Part shown: one piece after another, positions 1 to 23,240 of the stretch
Layout of the letters: the number at the start of each line of letters is the position of its first letter
Position numbering within the stretch: position 1 is the first letter of the stretch
DNA from: the human T2T-CHM13v2.0 reference genome, Homo sapiens
Assembly: GCF_009914755.1 (NCBI RefSeq)
Contig: NC_060930.1
DNA length: 64,000 nt
Direction: 5' to 3' (one strand)
Notes under the pieces: generated by a model
What the model saw: the letters and a program-made list of their open reading frames with translations, nothing else
The model's database searches: none
What the model was told of the DNA's origin: nothing
Program-made: the position numbers and the translations under genes

Positions 1-3000
1 GGCTGGCACGTGCTGACAGCTTTCATGTGGGCAATCTGGGAACTTCAGAGAAGGCAGGCCTATTAAGTGTTAAGACTCCCCACCCCGAACTTTTACTGAG
101 AAAAAGTACCCCAGACAGGAAGTAAAATTAGCCAGAGTTGTATGATCCACACAGTGGATGCTCTGATCTCAGTAATAAAAAATATTTCCTCCAGATCCAT
201 ATAGACTTTTCCTGCATTATTGTTTTGTTTCTGTTCCTATGGCAGAGTGAGTTTTTAAAACTATTATGCAAGAAATATCAGGATTTTTGCCACCAAAAAG
301 TTGGATTCATAGACCCAGGGTTTTTACAACCCAGGGGGAAAAAACTTTCAGCCCTCACAAGAAAGTATTTTATTAAAGACTGGCACCCAAACCTCAAGAC
401 TATATTTCTCACTGCAGGATTTGGCCCCTGTCTGCCTCCTTCTCAGACTAGTTAAACTTTCATACTCCATCCTTGTTCCTTCGCTTCTTTCTTAGGATCT
501 TCTGTGCACTTCTTTCTTAGGATCTTCTTGGCACTTCTTTGCTCTTGAAGGGCAGAAACGCTATTGTAGAAATTCAAGGCACTGTATGCTGACATAGTTT
601 ATAGTTGTCTTTTTCATGAGATAACACAGCGGCTGGCAGCTCCTCTTTTCTATCAAGGACAGTACTGCTGGCTCAGGAGAGCAGTAAGCAAACAGAAGCT
701 GTCTCTCAACCCTGTACAAAGCGAAACCACTCTTTTCCCTACAAAAGTGAGCTGTGCCCCAGAAAAGCGGATCTGCTGCTGAGCAGGGCTCCTCATGTCT
801 CCTATTGTTCCTGAAAAACAGCATCAAAGAGGGCAAGACTGACACACAATGTTGTAGCATTAGGAGCCTTTTTCAGAATAAAAAAGCAATCAGTCATATG
901 AAGCATGTGGTCATACCACAATCAACAATTTTTCTCCACAACTGGAGATATGGATTTTTCTAAAAGTCCAACTGATTCATGGCCCTGATACGGGGCAGCT
1001 CTACCTCTCATGAGACCAATGACCAAGTGACTCTGACTCCAGGAATCTCTGACAGAAGCCAAGCTGGAAACGGCTCAGGAAACCTGAGCTAGAAGATGCC
1101 TTTCTGACACCTGGGAAACAAAACCTCAGTGTATGGAGGAACCCAAGGTTTTGTGTTGAGCCCCAGTCGCCAAGGTCTGAGGAGGCTGGGTTTATATTGG
1201 CCCCGATTTTGTGGCCGAGGCACAAGGGGAATTGAAAGGTTGTTGTGAGGACCTGCTCGGAATGTCTTTCTGGAAGTTTGGAGAGGGTCTCTCAAATGCC
1301 AAAATTTCCATGGGAAGCCATTTTCACAGCTGCTTGGGAGTGGGAGATATTCGTCATCATTTCTGCCCCATTTAGAATAATTTATTACTTTGCTTGCAAA
1401 AACCCGGAATCATCCATAGGACACACGTTGTTTGTTTTTCCACTCCACACCAAAGGACAGAGGCATTCCTGGTTAATCCAAGATGCCAACTTCAAGACAT
1501 TCTGAGAACTAGCTGGACAGAGCTGAAGTGTAGGGCAAATCAGAACAGAAGTGATGGGCCCAGGGCAAAAGCCCGTGAAGCAGCAGCTGCGGAGGAAGGA
1601 TGGGAGCTGGAGCTGCAAAGGGGGCCATGGTGGAGACTCTGGGCCTGCCCACAGTATCCCCTCTGCCCAATGGGAATTCAGTTTTCCTGCATATCATTCA
1701 ATTATTTCTCATTTTTCTAGGCCTAGCTCACCTTATTCGGGAAGTTTTGCGACTACCCCAGTCCATAATGAATTTCCTCTCTAGACTATTTCAATTCTTA
1801 CAGTCACTACCACACAGTCTAGGATTTGGTTAGTTGGTTGATTTCATTCATTTATTCAATAATTCAATGTTTATTGAGTTCCTACTATGGACTTTGTGCC
1901 AGGTATACAAAACTGAATGTTACTGTTGTGTGGGGTTTTTTTCTTTGCATTTTTAAAGTTAACCTGGATTTTTCTCTCACTCTTTATGCATGTATTTCCT
2001 AATCTCCCTATAAACTATTTGTATTTTTTTGGATTCCTCACAGTCTATTTAGCCTGTGGACTGTCAACAGATGTTACATCATTCAGTCATTTAATAGATG
2101 CTTATTTGCTAGACATGGCCAGGAGGACCTGGAAAGTCCTCATTTTTCCCATCTGTTCTTACCATTCTGAAATGTATCATGCTCTTCAGTGCTCCACAGA
2201 TCTAGATGATATCAAATTATTAAATGGAAAAAGCAAGACCCATCTCCTTGGGTTATTGTGGATAAGGGGGAAATTGTGTAGGAAGTGTCTATTGCAGTTC
2301 ATGGACCATTGTAGGCCCTTAGTCAACAACAGCTATCATCATCACTGATGAGAATCTCTGGCTTAAACGGAGTAGGTTCATGCCTTTTTTCAGTGTAATG
2401 AAGTGTTTTAGTTTAAAGGCCTTTAGCAAGGCTTACAATAAAAAAAAGTGGGGACTCCAGGGTAACACCAACAATAGAGACGACCATGGCTGTTATCCTG
2501 AGACTATTAATTATGCCACGTAATTAGATTTAGAGAAAACTTAGAGCAACATTTATCTTGTGGATAATAATTGATTGTGATTGGGACTTACCGTTGAGAG
2601 ACCCTGATGAAAACTCTATGGTGAATTGCTGTGGAGTCACATGGGTTCATGCATCATTCATCAGTGGGCCCTGGTTTTAGCCTCATAACCCCTGAGAATC
2701 CACCTCTATCAGAAAACCACCCTTTCAGTGAAAGTTCCTCAAGGCTCAGAAAAATTCATATGTCAAAGCTTTATATGTAAAAACCTATACTCTCTAATAA
2801 ATGTTTGGTTTGGCCTTCACATTCAATTTAATAATTATTTCTACCTCTTTTCTAAACCGCTCTTAACCACAGTTCTATATATTTAATTCTGAAGAGCCTC
2901 ATGCACCTCCCTCCCTGGTAACTTTATCTACTTCTCTCCCTGGAGAACCAGCCAGACCATGATTCCAGCCCTCTGTCCTCTCTTCAACCGTAGGTCCTCT

Positions 3001-4887
3001 TTTTCTCTCCTGACTCCTCAAACCTTCTCCAGTTACCCGGATGCCTTCTGTGTGCTGCTGGCTTCTGCATCACTGTTCACAGGGCCACTTGTTCCCCTGG
3101 AAATGTCTTATGCTCTTGAAATGCTATAGCCTTGTTCACCTGTTCATCCAAAACTGATCCTCAGACAACATTTCTCTTTCAATTGGTGGAATAATAAAGA
3201 GGAATATGGGTCAAAATTCATAGACATTTAAATACCCAAGGTGCAAAGTTAAGAGAAAACAAGATAGGAGAAAGAATTATGGCAACATCTCTAAAATGTG
3301 TACTTTAGTGTTTAGCAAAAAAGGGACTATGGAATGTCAAACAGGAACATATATGTTAAACATAAACATGAAGCAGTGCCAGCTGCTGTCTGCCATATAG
3401 TCATGCTTTGTTAATGTGGCACATCTTGCCATGATGGTGCCCTCATGAAACGAAGGATGCTGAAGCAGATGCCATTCTGTTTGCTTTGATCAGAAGCCAC
3501 TCTCTGGTCAAGGAAGTATTTGTTTCATGCTTAATTATAACAAGTTCTCATCACAAAGATTATTTTCTTTCTCCAGATCTGGATTGTTTGCACTCACTTT
3601 ATATTATTAGACAATTACTCAGATTGTTTATGTTTTTATGTTTAGAAATAAGACAGTGATTCAGAGAGTCCCTGTATTTAGATGAAAGAACATTTTTTAA
3701 ACATATTGACTGTAAACACTGAAAATCATTAATTCTCAACAGTTGAAGGTTTCTGACAGGAACGGCCCTTGGAAATTGTAAATGGGCACATTGTCAGGTA
3801 TGCCCATTGTTGTCACATTGGAGAAGATTGGATTCTGTTCTCTCTGGAGTCCTTTGTAATGCCAAGCTTCCTCTCCAGGGAGCTGGCTTATTGTCATTAT
3901 TTTGAGATAAATGGCACTTCATAGTATTAAGTGGTTCATTGTCTCTTCTCTGGCTGACTGTATTCTGTAGGCAGCCACTCAACTTTGGAGCCTTTCTCTG
4001 CTACCAACTTTTGGTGTTGCCTTAAGCAAGCCTCATGGCTCCTGTTAGTTTCCTGACAACATGGTATAGCATGGACTTTGTCATCAGAGAGGACTGAATT
4101 CAGGAGAAGCAACTCTGCCACTTCCTTGGCGGAAGGGGGATGACTGATGTCCTTTGATAAGCTGCTTCCCTGAGCCTAATAAAAAAATAGAAATAATGAT
4201 ACTTAAACTCATGGAATTGTTGTGACAATTGAAAGAATGACCAGTTAGTAAAGCATCTTGCACCATGACTAGCACACAGTAGATGCACATGAGTGTTACT
4301 AAGCTTTAGTTATGCCCTCCAAATACAAAGCCTTAGTTTTGTCACTATGAAAGAAATTACTCTGTTCTTCTTAGCAGGTAATAAATAAATCCCTGCCTGG
4401 AAATTCTGCAGGAGAATTTCACCCCTGCGCTTTCAGGTTAAAAGATTGCATTCCCATGATGAAGATGTTCTGTGAATAGAATCATCTCAAGTCCCAAATG
4501 GTGTGGATTTGCTCCTGCATCTTGTTGCAGAGATTCTCTTGGAGCTTCTGAGAACTGGGGAAACCAACAAAATGCCTGTAGCCTGGGGAAAATGTAGGGA
4601 GTTTTAGCATGAATTTGTGGGAGGTGAGAAAAGGCAGCAGGTGTCGAAAGACGGGAAATCCTTGCACTGTTCTAGATGTTAGGAGCCATTTTCCATTCAC
4701 ATTCAGCACCTCAGGAGGAGAAGCTGCCTATCACTTTGTGTCCTCAAGAGAACCAACAAAGGAGAATGCCATCTCCCAGATACTCAATTTGATTACCATT
4801 TTATCCTACCTTCTCTAGGGTCCAGACATTATGTAAATTGGCATTAAGTTTGAATAATGTATGGACCCAGTTTAAAAGGAAAAAATG

Positions 4888-5151
<264 letters not shown>

Positions 5152-6350
5152 AAAAGGAAAAAATGCTCCCCTGATTCCCGCAGTGCTGACTTAAAATGTT
5201 CTTAGTATGCCAATGTTGCTTAAATATGAATGACTGTAGCTTCTACTTAAATTGGCAACCGCACCAAATATAAACTGCAAATGTTTATAGCTCTTATGGA
5301 AGTATAAAAGCAAAACAAATTCTTAAATTAAATACAAACTAAGAGGGAAACTGATAATAACAATGTTTTGTGTAATTAAGTTGCTGTTTGCAACATGCCT
5401 GGGGCAGACTCCTGGCCTCTTTGCATCTGACATGAGAGGCTACCAAGGATGTGGCCACAACTGGGCTCTCCCAGCACTTGCTTGCGCTCAGAACTGTGCC
5501 AAAACCTTTGCTCGCCCAGTGTTCTGCAACGTCCATCATTTGGATTTGGCAGGAACACATCATTTATGCATTTTGTTTGCTTCTGTATTTAGTTGAGATA
5601 CTTAAAATATAACTGCTAGATTCTAAGGCATTCATAAGCATCTGTGAAAAATGTGTTACTTAGGAAACAGTTCAGGGTTCCATGGATTATCTAGATTGGT
5701 GAGTCTTAAGACTGACCACACAATTCATCTGGGGGTGTGGAGGAGGGGAGCTTTGAGAAAAATCTCTGTATGAGCACCCACACCCAGAGATTCCTATGCA
5801 ATTATCCCAGAGTGGTGCCTTAATATCAACATTTGTTTAAAACCATCCCCCAAGACTAAAATTTGTGACCGGGATTTAGAACCATTGACTTAATTGATGC
5901 AGAACACTCTGATATTAATGTCTTCATGTCTTTTGGAATGTCATTAAGACAAAAGCATAAAATTTTAAAATTCTTAAAGACAATTTAAAGACCTATGAGA
6001 ATCCATCTTTAATTCTCAGGAGCGTGTGGAACCTAGTTTGAAAACTACTGGCATCGACAATTGAATTTCCACTAAAATAAAATAGCTCTCTAGTATATTA
6101 CAAAACTACCCATTCTGCAAACTGCAGGGGAGCTACTGATAATGCTTGGAACTGTGCCAGGCACTGCCTGCATAAAAATGAGTAAGGTCCACTTCCTCCA
6201 TGGACTGGGTTGGGTAGGAGGCAAAGATAATTAACCAATTATTTTAATATTATGAGTTCAGGGTTGTAATGAAAGTAAGTATTGAGTGCTGCAGAGACCC
6301 AGCAAAGGAGTCCTTAGCTGAGAACTGATCCTTTGCTGAGTGACGAGGAC

Positions 6351-7281
6351 ATTATTGAACCGCCAGGCTTGATGGCATGTTGCATGGTAACAGACCAGTA
6401 CACCAAACAGCAGGAGCTGTAGCAGAGAAAGAGTTTAATAATTGTGTGGCAGCCAAATAAGGAGACAGAAGGAAACCTTAAATCCACCTCTTGAAAAAGT
6501 CTGGGACTAGGCTTTTTAAGAGAATTCTGGCAAGAAGGAGGCTGAGGAGCTGGGGGTAACTGATTGGTTAGGACATAGGAGAGGAGACAATAAGGATATA
6601 GAAACTCCATTCTTGCACTGGGTCAGTTCCTCGGAGGGGGTCCTCACTCTGGCTGGCAGCAGTGAACCCATTGGAATGCAGGATCTGAAAAATATCTCAA
6701 AATGGCAAACTTGAGGGGTTTTTTTTAGCATCAAAGATGTTATCTATAGAAGTTAGGACATTGTGACAGGGGCTACGTGACTTTGAAGTGTTAAGTGGCT
6801 GTCAGAAAGTGAGCTATTGCAGCGGTCCCCAACCTTTTTGGTACCAGGGACCAGCTTCATGAAAGAAAATTTTTCCACAGATGGGGTGGTGTAGGGTGGG
6901 GTGGGGGATAGCTTCGGGATGAAACTGATCCACCTCAGATCATCAGGCATTAGTTAGATTCTCATGAGGGGCACACAGCCCAGATCCCTCACATGGGCAG
7001 TTCACAGTAGGGTTCACAGCCCTATGAGGTTCTAATGCCACTGCTGATCTGACAGGTGGCAGAGCTCAGGCAGTAATGCTTCCTTGCCCACCACTCACCT
7101 CTTGCTGTGTGGCTCAGTTCCTGACAGATTACGGACTGGTACCAGTTTGCAACCCAGGCAGCTGGGGACCTCTGGGCTGTAGGGTAGGCTGGTTAATGCT
7201 TAGCTGTGTTTCTATTCAAAGCTTATGCTTTTGTTTAAAACCTAGTAATTTGGTTTTGTTAATTTTATGAAGATGATTTCA
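6351..7281 (-). mobile_element. ERV1-type solo LTR (LTR8/LTR26/MER4-group-like), interrupted by MER1B
   Basis: Minus strand starts TGAAATCATCTTCATAAAATT; + strand has GCAGAGAAAGAGTTTAAT...GGCAGCC...GGAGACAG typical of this LTR group. Subfamily uncertain. Confidence 0.55.
6820..7174. mobile_element. MER1B (hAT-Charlie DNA transposon)
   Basis: Terminal inverted repeats CAGCGGTCCCCAAC / GCTGGGGACCTCTG; internal GGGATGAAACTG..CACCTCAGATCATCAGGCATTAG. Confidence 0.85.
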
Positions 7282-10200
7282 AGGATGAGTAGGATTAGCT
7301 GGAGTCAGAAGGACACAAGGGAATTTCTGGCAACAACATTAAACTACCAGTGAATGTCTCATCAAGTCACTGGACCTCTAATTCTAAGCAGTACTGTCAA
7401 CCTTATAGGTTATGATGTATAAGATAGTGTTGTGATGTATAAGATAGTGCAAAAACCTAAGTTAATATCACCATTTCTGTAGTACTCTCTATTTCAAAGG
7501 AAAAAATCTTCAGCAGTCTAATATCCTACCAAAATTTTGAAGTCAAGACCTCCCTACACTAATCAAAGAACTAGAGGTGCAATCAGGCCATATATTTGGA
7601 AAGGCCATAGGTGCCCTCCCTCTGTCCTTGTTCCCAGCATACTAAACTATAGTCTAAAAGACTTTAAAACTTGAACTGAAGAAAACCTTAAGGAAACAAC
7701 AACAAAATTCCATTTATTTCCTGAGCCCAAAAGTAGAATAATTGTTTTTTAATGAATTTTTCTTTCCCTGTAAGACATACTATGAATTGTTCAATGGGTA
7801 TTCAAAGCATATGTAATAGAATATGTATGCTTTCCTGAAAAATTGAAATGGAACATCAAACTGTTCTGTAAAGTTTTGAGTCTAGACCAAACTCACAGCA
7901 CTTAGCCAGAATATGTACATCTGCATCTGCCACTCATGGCCCCATCGCTCCCTCCAACTGCTTCTCTTGGGCTGAAGGATGGAAAAGCAAACTCCCTGCG
8001 TTGAGTTCCATCTTGCCCTGCATGGCCTCCCCCATGGGGTCATTGAGCTCCCCACCAGCTTCCACCTCTTCCAGCACTTTCCGCCAGAGGGCCCGTGGCT
8101 GCTTTTGCAGACTGAAATTGATTGTGGTTGATTCAGCTCCATTTCCTCTGAGTTTTTACTTTAGATGTGCTTTTTAGGTTGCATTTTTCTTCTGGCATAT
8201 AAGAAAGACAGCAATATTCCATGGAACAGAGTGATGTCTGTGGCTTTGTCAACCGTTGTTTGTTAGCTTGATCACCATTTATTGAGTGTTTACTACTTTC
8301 CAGGCATTGTGCTAAGTGGTAGAAATACAAAGTTGCCTTTACTTGATTCATCTGTAAAATAGAGAGAGTAGTAGTTCCTACAGTGTGGTTTATGTGAGGC
8401 ATAGGGACTGCTCCCTGAAACCTAGGGACAACTCCCTAGCAGCGACCCAGTGCTCATATCAATAGTGGTAACAATTAGGAAGGCAGCTCCTACCTCAAAG
8501 ACCTCATGATCTGATGGTAAAGACAGATATAACAAGAAAATTATTCTTTTTAAATATAAAATTGTGATATAAAAATAGTTTTCACTAAATTGGATTTTTA
8601 TGAAATTTACAGAAACAAAATAATAAATTAAGGAAATATAAAACCACCTGACATTAGCCAACCATGTTGATGTTCTGATTATGTTACTGCAAAGGAGTGT
8701 AGGGTTAAGAACGAGGGACTTTGATTCCAAGATCAAATCCCTTTCTGCTATTTCTTAGCTGTCTGACTTTGGGCAAGTTGCTTAAACCCTTTGTGCTTCT
8801 GTGTGCTTGCCCATGAGATGGAGATTATAATAGCGTCTACCTCATAGGGCTATTTTTAATACAAGTTAGCTCTTAGAACAATACCTACTTAAACTAACAA
8901 TTTGTATTAGGTACTGTTTTATTCTCCATCCGTACTGTGTATGCATATATTCATATTTATATTTACATATTCTAATTAGGATTATATACATGTACTTTCT
9001 TTAAAAATAAGATTTTAAATAACTATATAATCAGTCATGATGATACAACATGATTTATTCAACAAATCTGATGCTGTTAAACACGTAAGTGATTTCTCTT
9101 TCAGGATTATAAATAACATTTGTTTTGCATTTTTTTCATACATCTTTTGCTCACTTTTCATTGTTACTTTGTATATGTTGCTAGAAATTGATTTGCTGGT
9201 GAAAAGGGTATAAACATTTTTAAGGCTCTTGCTACATATTGCCTGCTCTTCATACATATTGCCTACTGCCCCAGGAAACTATCAATTACACTTTTACCAA
9301 GAGTGTATGAAAGCATTCACATGAATGTAACCTTATCATGCAATGCGGGCCATGAGACAGAGGAGAGTTATGGAGGGTAGACGGCTTCCCCGCTGCTCAG
9401 CCACTGCCCTCTCCTCTAAAAGAGCCACAGTCAGGAATTTCTACATAGATCCTATTATAAACATCTCCTTTTGAAACAAATTATCTTCTCTCAGAGCATT
9501 TTCTTCATTTTAGTATCTATATAGGTCCTTGTTATGTTCATTTTAAGTTTTGTGACCTGCACTGACACAATGCTGATGAACTGCTTATTCCAGGCAGTCT
9601 GAGTTCTCAAAGCATTTGCATTTTATGTCTTATCCTCTGTTTTGGGCTCTTTGCCACTGATTTTTTTTTAAGTGATATTTTAAGAAAGAGGAGGGTTGAT
9701 TTGTTGTGAGTGTATCTCTCTTTAAAAACTTTTCTAGGGAAGGACAACCTCTTCCAAAGACTTTGTTTGCTTTGTGTGATTGGCATGTCCTTCCCTGGTC
9801 AGTAATGAGCTTGAAGGAAGCTACTGGACACGGGACTGAACATGGGGTTTTGCTATCACTCTAGCTGTGCCTTTCTCTAGTGATCAAGGAGATGTTGGTT
9901 CAGAAAGTGCCCTGTCTAATCCCACTAAGGCCCGAAGGACCAAGTGCTGTCTACTCTCCAGATTCTCTGCAACAGAAAGCAGATGCTTAGGCTTCATGGT
10001 CCAGGTTGGAACAGGTAGTTAGCTCTGAGGACAGTTATGCATGAATGTCAGGAGGGGACTGGCAGGGGAACATTTATTTATTCTTTAAAATTGGAATCAA
10101 CAGTTATGGATGAAACCCAGAATGCAAAATTCACTTTCATCTTGACACGCAACACATCTGTCCTTTCTCCTTGAATAGCAAGTATTAATCATTGAGTTAG

Positions 10201-11234
10201 ACAATGTAACCTTCACATTCAGTGAAAGCCAAACACTCAGCACCTTCTAGAAAAATCTTAGTGCCATGCTTTCTTAGCATATTGCAAGTCCTCTGAGGAT
10301 GATGTGTTGTTCAGCTTTGAAGCTGATCTTTTGTACTTGCTTATGTAGCTCAGGCTAGTGATAACATGCCAGAGGCATTTCCAACTAAGAAAATTATTCA
10401 CAGAAGCTTTAATTACAAATTTGTTAGCCCCACTTCCTGCTAAAATGGCCAGCCTTGAAGAGTTTCGGAAATGTGAGCAGCCTTAAGGATGATAGAAATA
10501 TTATGAAATAGTAATAAGTAATACCCATACAGCAAACTCCTTTTTCTTTGGAGTATCCGTTCATCAGCCAGATTTCCCTCTCAACAGTCCAGGTGTTGAC
10601 GAAGATCATGAAATAATAGGAATGAAAGGGACTTCGATTTTGTATTTTTAATAGCATTTTCCTCCACCAAATTACGAAAGTAATGCATGACCAAGGCAGA
10701 GAACTTGGAAAATACAGAAAAGCCACCAAGCAAAATAATCTCCCAAGAAATCATAATTTCACCACACAAAAGTAACCATTGTCAACATTTTGGTGAAAAT
10801 CCTTAATTAAAGAGACTCTTAAAAGATGCCAGTTCGCTGCCACTTCTTCCTTTCTCCACACCATCCTGCACCCTGTTTTGAAATGCAGAATTGTTTCTAA
10901 ATCATTCCAGGAAAATTATTAGTTTTCTCAAATATCTCTGGAGGCGAGTCTGTTGGCAGTCATTTCTAGTTTCTCACAAACCTTGAAGTTAGGAAATTAT
11001 TTGTGTAGCTTTTGAGCACTGGGCCAGAAGTGAGGGATGTTTGGGTTCTAGTTCCAGCTCTACCACTTATTTACCAACTGGCCGACCTCAGGCAAGTCCA
11101 GGCTAGCGGCCCCGCCTCAAGCCCCTCCAGATGCAGCATCTGCAACCCCACTTCCTTCACTTCCTTTCGCCTCAGTTTCCCAACAATTTCCTAGTAATTG
11201 TACTGAATCATTGTTTTTCATTTTTTACATTAAA

Positions 11235-12362
11235 ATTTATTTATTTTATTTTATTTTTAAAGACTTTATTTTTTAGAACAGATTTAGATTTGCAGCAAAA
11301 CTGAGTGGCAAGTACAGAAAGTTCCCATATATTCCCTGCCCCCGCACATACACAGTCTCCCTCACTATCAGCATCCCCAACCAGAGAGGTACATTGGTTA
11401 CAGCTGATGAATCTACATCGACACGTCATTATCACCCAAAGTGCATAGTTTGCATTGGCGTTGGGCATTTTAGGGCTTTTGACACATGTATGCACTATTG
11501 TAATATACAGAATAATTTCACTGCCCTAAAAATCCTCTGTGCTCCTCCTATTCATTCCTCCCTCCACCCCATTCCTGGCAACTACTGATCTTTTTACTGT
11601 CTCCACAGTTTTGCCTTCTCCAGAATGTCATATACTTGGAATCATAAGGTTTGTAGCCTTTTCAGATTGGCTTCTTTCACTCAGTGATATGCATTTAAGG
11701 TTCTTCCATGTCTTTTTATGGCTTGATAGCTCATTTCTTTTTATCATTGAATACTACTACTCCATTGTCTGGATTATACACACTTTATTTATACATTCAC
11801 CTACTGAAGGATGTGTTGGTTGCATCCAAGTTTTGGCAATTATGAATGAAGTTGCTGTAAACACCCATGTGCAGGTAATTGTGTTGATATGCATTTTTAA
11901 TGCTTTTGGATAAACACTCAGGAGCACAATTGCTGGATTGTATAGTATGTTTAGTTTTGAAGGAAACTGCCAAACCATCTTCCCAAGTGGCTGTACCATT
12001 TTCCATTTCCACCAACAATGAGTGAGAGTTCCTGTTGCTCCACATCCTCATCAGCATTTGGTGTTGTCAATGTTCTGGATTTTGGCCATTCTAACAGGTG
12101 TATTGTGGTATCTCATTTTGTTTTAATTCGCATTTTTTGGATAATATCACATGGAGCATCTTTTAATAAGCTTATTTGCCATCTGTGTGTCTTCTGTGGT
12201 GAGGTGTCTGTTAAACTCTTTGGTCCATTTTTTTAATCAGGTTGTTTGCGTTCTTATCGTTGAGTTTTAAAAGCTCTTTGTATATTTTGGATAACAGTCA
12301 TTTAGCAGGTATGTCTTTTGCAAATATTTTCTCCCAGTCTGTGGCTTGTCTTCTCATTCTCT
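11235..12362 (-). mobile_element. Old L1 3' end (L1MC1/2-like)
   Basis: Minus ORF 11757-11999 resembles the L1 ORF2 C-terminus (TWVFTATSFIIAKTWMQP); L1MC-type 3'UTR. Confidence 0.75.
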
Positions 12363-13398
12363 GGAGATCAGTGGTTTTTACACTTTCTTCTGCTGAAGCC
12401 AAGTATTGTGGAAGAAGCCATGGGGTCACCAGAGGATAGGTGCACAGGGTAGTGAGGGAAAGTTGGAGTGAATGGGCTTGGTGCCCCCACCCCGCAACAT
12501 TTCTCTTGCTTTAATCAGAGAAGTTTGACTTCATCCAGATTGCATATGAGGACTTTACATGAGGTTCACCTTTTTATTTGTTTTAAAAGGGGTTTTTACT
12601 CTCAAAATGTTTTAAAGACCACTGAACTAGATGATCATCTTAAGGCCCTTTTAAGATTTATGATTCTGGAATTCTGTGGCTCTATTTTTCCAATGTAATA
12701 TAACCTTCCTCTCGTTAAGGAAAAATGAGATAAACCTGTTATAAACACTCATGTGACATTTTTTCAATACAGTTTTCATCCACGTAGTGCTCACTTAGAA
12801 TGATAGAAACAATACACCTAAAGAATATGCACCATTCACTTGCCCACTCATCTCTCAAAGAGAGGAACTTTCAACACTAGTTATCTTTTTAAAAATAATC
12901 AGAGAGAATTCTCAGCCACTTCAATTCTAGCCCAGGAAAAAGAGGGAAAATACATTTGAAGGTTTCTGGCTCATGTGATACATTTGCAAACCAGAACCAA
13001 GATGATATGACTCTCATTTATTAGTGACTATTGCAAAGCTTTGCAGGCTATTAAGCAGGCTGTTCAATTTAGGGTGATATGGACATGTGCATATTGGCCA
13101 ATTATATATGCTCAGATCGTATGTCATTTTTTTTCTGCATTTTAGTCTAAGTGTCAGATAGGTGTTTCATGATGTTTTATAAACACTTCTGTTCACATTA
13201 ACATTGTTCATTGATTTGGCAAGGAATGAAGGGGTGTCATTTTCATGATTTTATTTGTATATTATGTATTCCACAGAGGATTTGAAATGCCTTACCAAAT
13301 TTTATGTAATGTAAAGGGGTAAACCAATATTTGACACATCATTATAAATTGAGGATAATCTGAAGAAAATAATAAATCCAGGAGACAGATTATCACAC

Positions 13399-21891
<8,493 letters not shown>

Positions 21892-22391
21892 CACACACAG
21901 AAGTATATCTTTACAGTTCCCAGGATGGACTGCAAGTTTGGCTCTAAATTTCCTTTGCCTGGCCAAAACAAAAAGAACACATTTTATTATAAGGTTCACA
22001 GGCTTTTAATTGAAAAAAAAAAAAAAACAGTTATTCAACATGAAAACTCTTTTTCAGACAAAGTTCTACAAAGTCTATTTCTCACAAGTAGGACTTTGGC
22101 AAGGATTGTGCAACTGACAATTCAAAGTCATTTATTCCGTGGTGAGAAACCGGAGTACAGATCTTTACCAGTTAGGGGATGATCCATGTGTTTTGATAAT
22201 CACCTTGGTGGTGATCAGACTAAAGGTCTCCTATGAAAACCATTAACTTCACACTATAGCTGATAGGATGCACTGAAGCCCTTACCGCTGACTGCATGGA
22301 TGAGAGCTAGGCCAGAGCATTGGCAGGCAGAGTTTATAACATGGGGCAGGAAGCATTGAAATTCTATTCCACCTCTTGGTGTATCAGGTCA

Positions 22392-22694
<303 letters not shown>

Positions 22695-22739
22695 CTAAAT
22701 TTAACAGCTAGAAAAAAAAAGTTTGGACTCTATGGATCA

Positions 22740-23240
22740 TAAATTTGGATAAGACACAGAGGGAATGGCTTGTCTCATGTTCACAATGTCTAAAGTCTTA
22801 AATGGGGAGAGTCGTCAACCAGGGGTAATTTGAGAGTTATGGGCTGGAACCACCTTGAGGCATCTTTATTCATAGGCTAGCAATTGATGTTGGCTGTTGG
22901 CTGGGACGTCAGCTGGAGCTGTCAACTGGGAGACCTGTCTGATATCCCAGCATAGGACACTAGACCTCTCACAAAGTGGCGAGGGCTCCAGAAGCAAGTG
23001 TCCCAGCTGACAAAAAAAAAAAGTTTCATAGCCTTCTACGACATGCACTTAGAAGTGGTAATGTGTCACTTCCAGCCCTTTCTGTTGATTACAAGTGAGT
23101 CATGAGTCCACTCAGTTTCAAGGGAGAGGGCCCAGATCCCATATCTCCATGGGAAGAGTGCCAAGAACACCTTGTAGAAAAGCTTGTGGATAGGAGATAT
23201 TGGTGTGGTCATCCTTGGAAAACACAATCTTCCACAGTGT
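22740..23240. mobile_element. Old MaLR LTR (MLT1-like)
   Basis: Degenerate MLT1 motifs (GCTGTTGGCTGGG...CAGCTGGAGCTGTC; TCACTTCC...TTCTGTTG...TCAAGGGAGAGGG). Confidence 0.55.

Noticed and set aside
487-540. Short tandem duplications (~25 bp here; ~20 bp at ~7412-7450)
   Set aside because: Ordinary slippage products with no evident motif.
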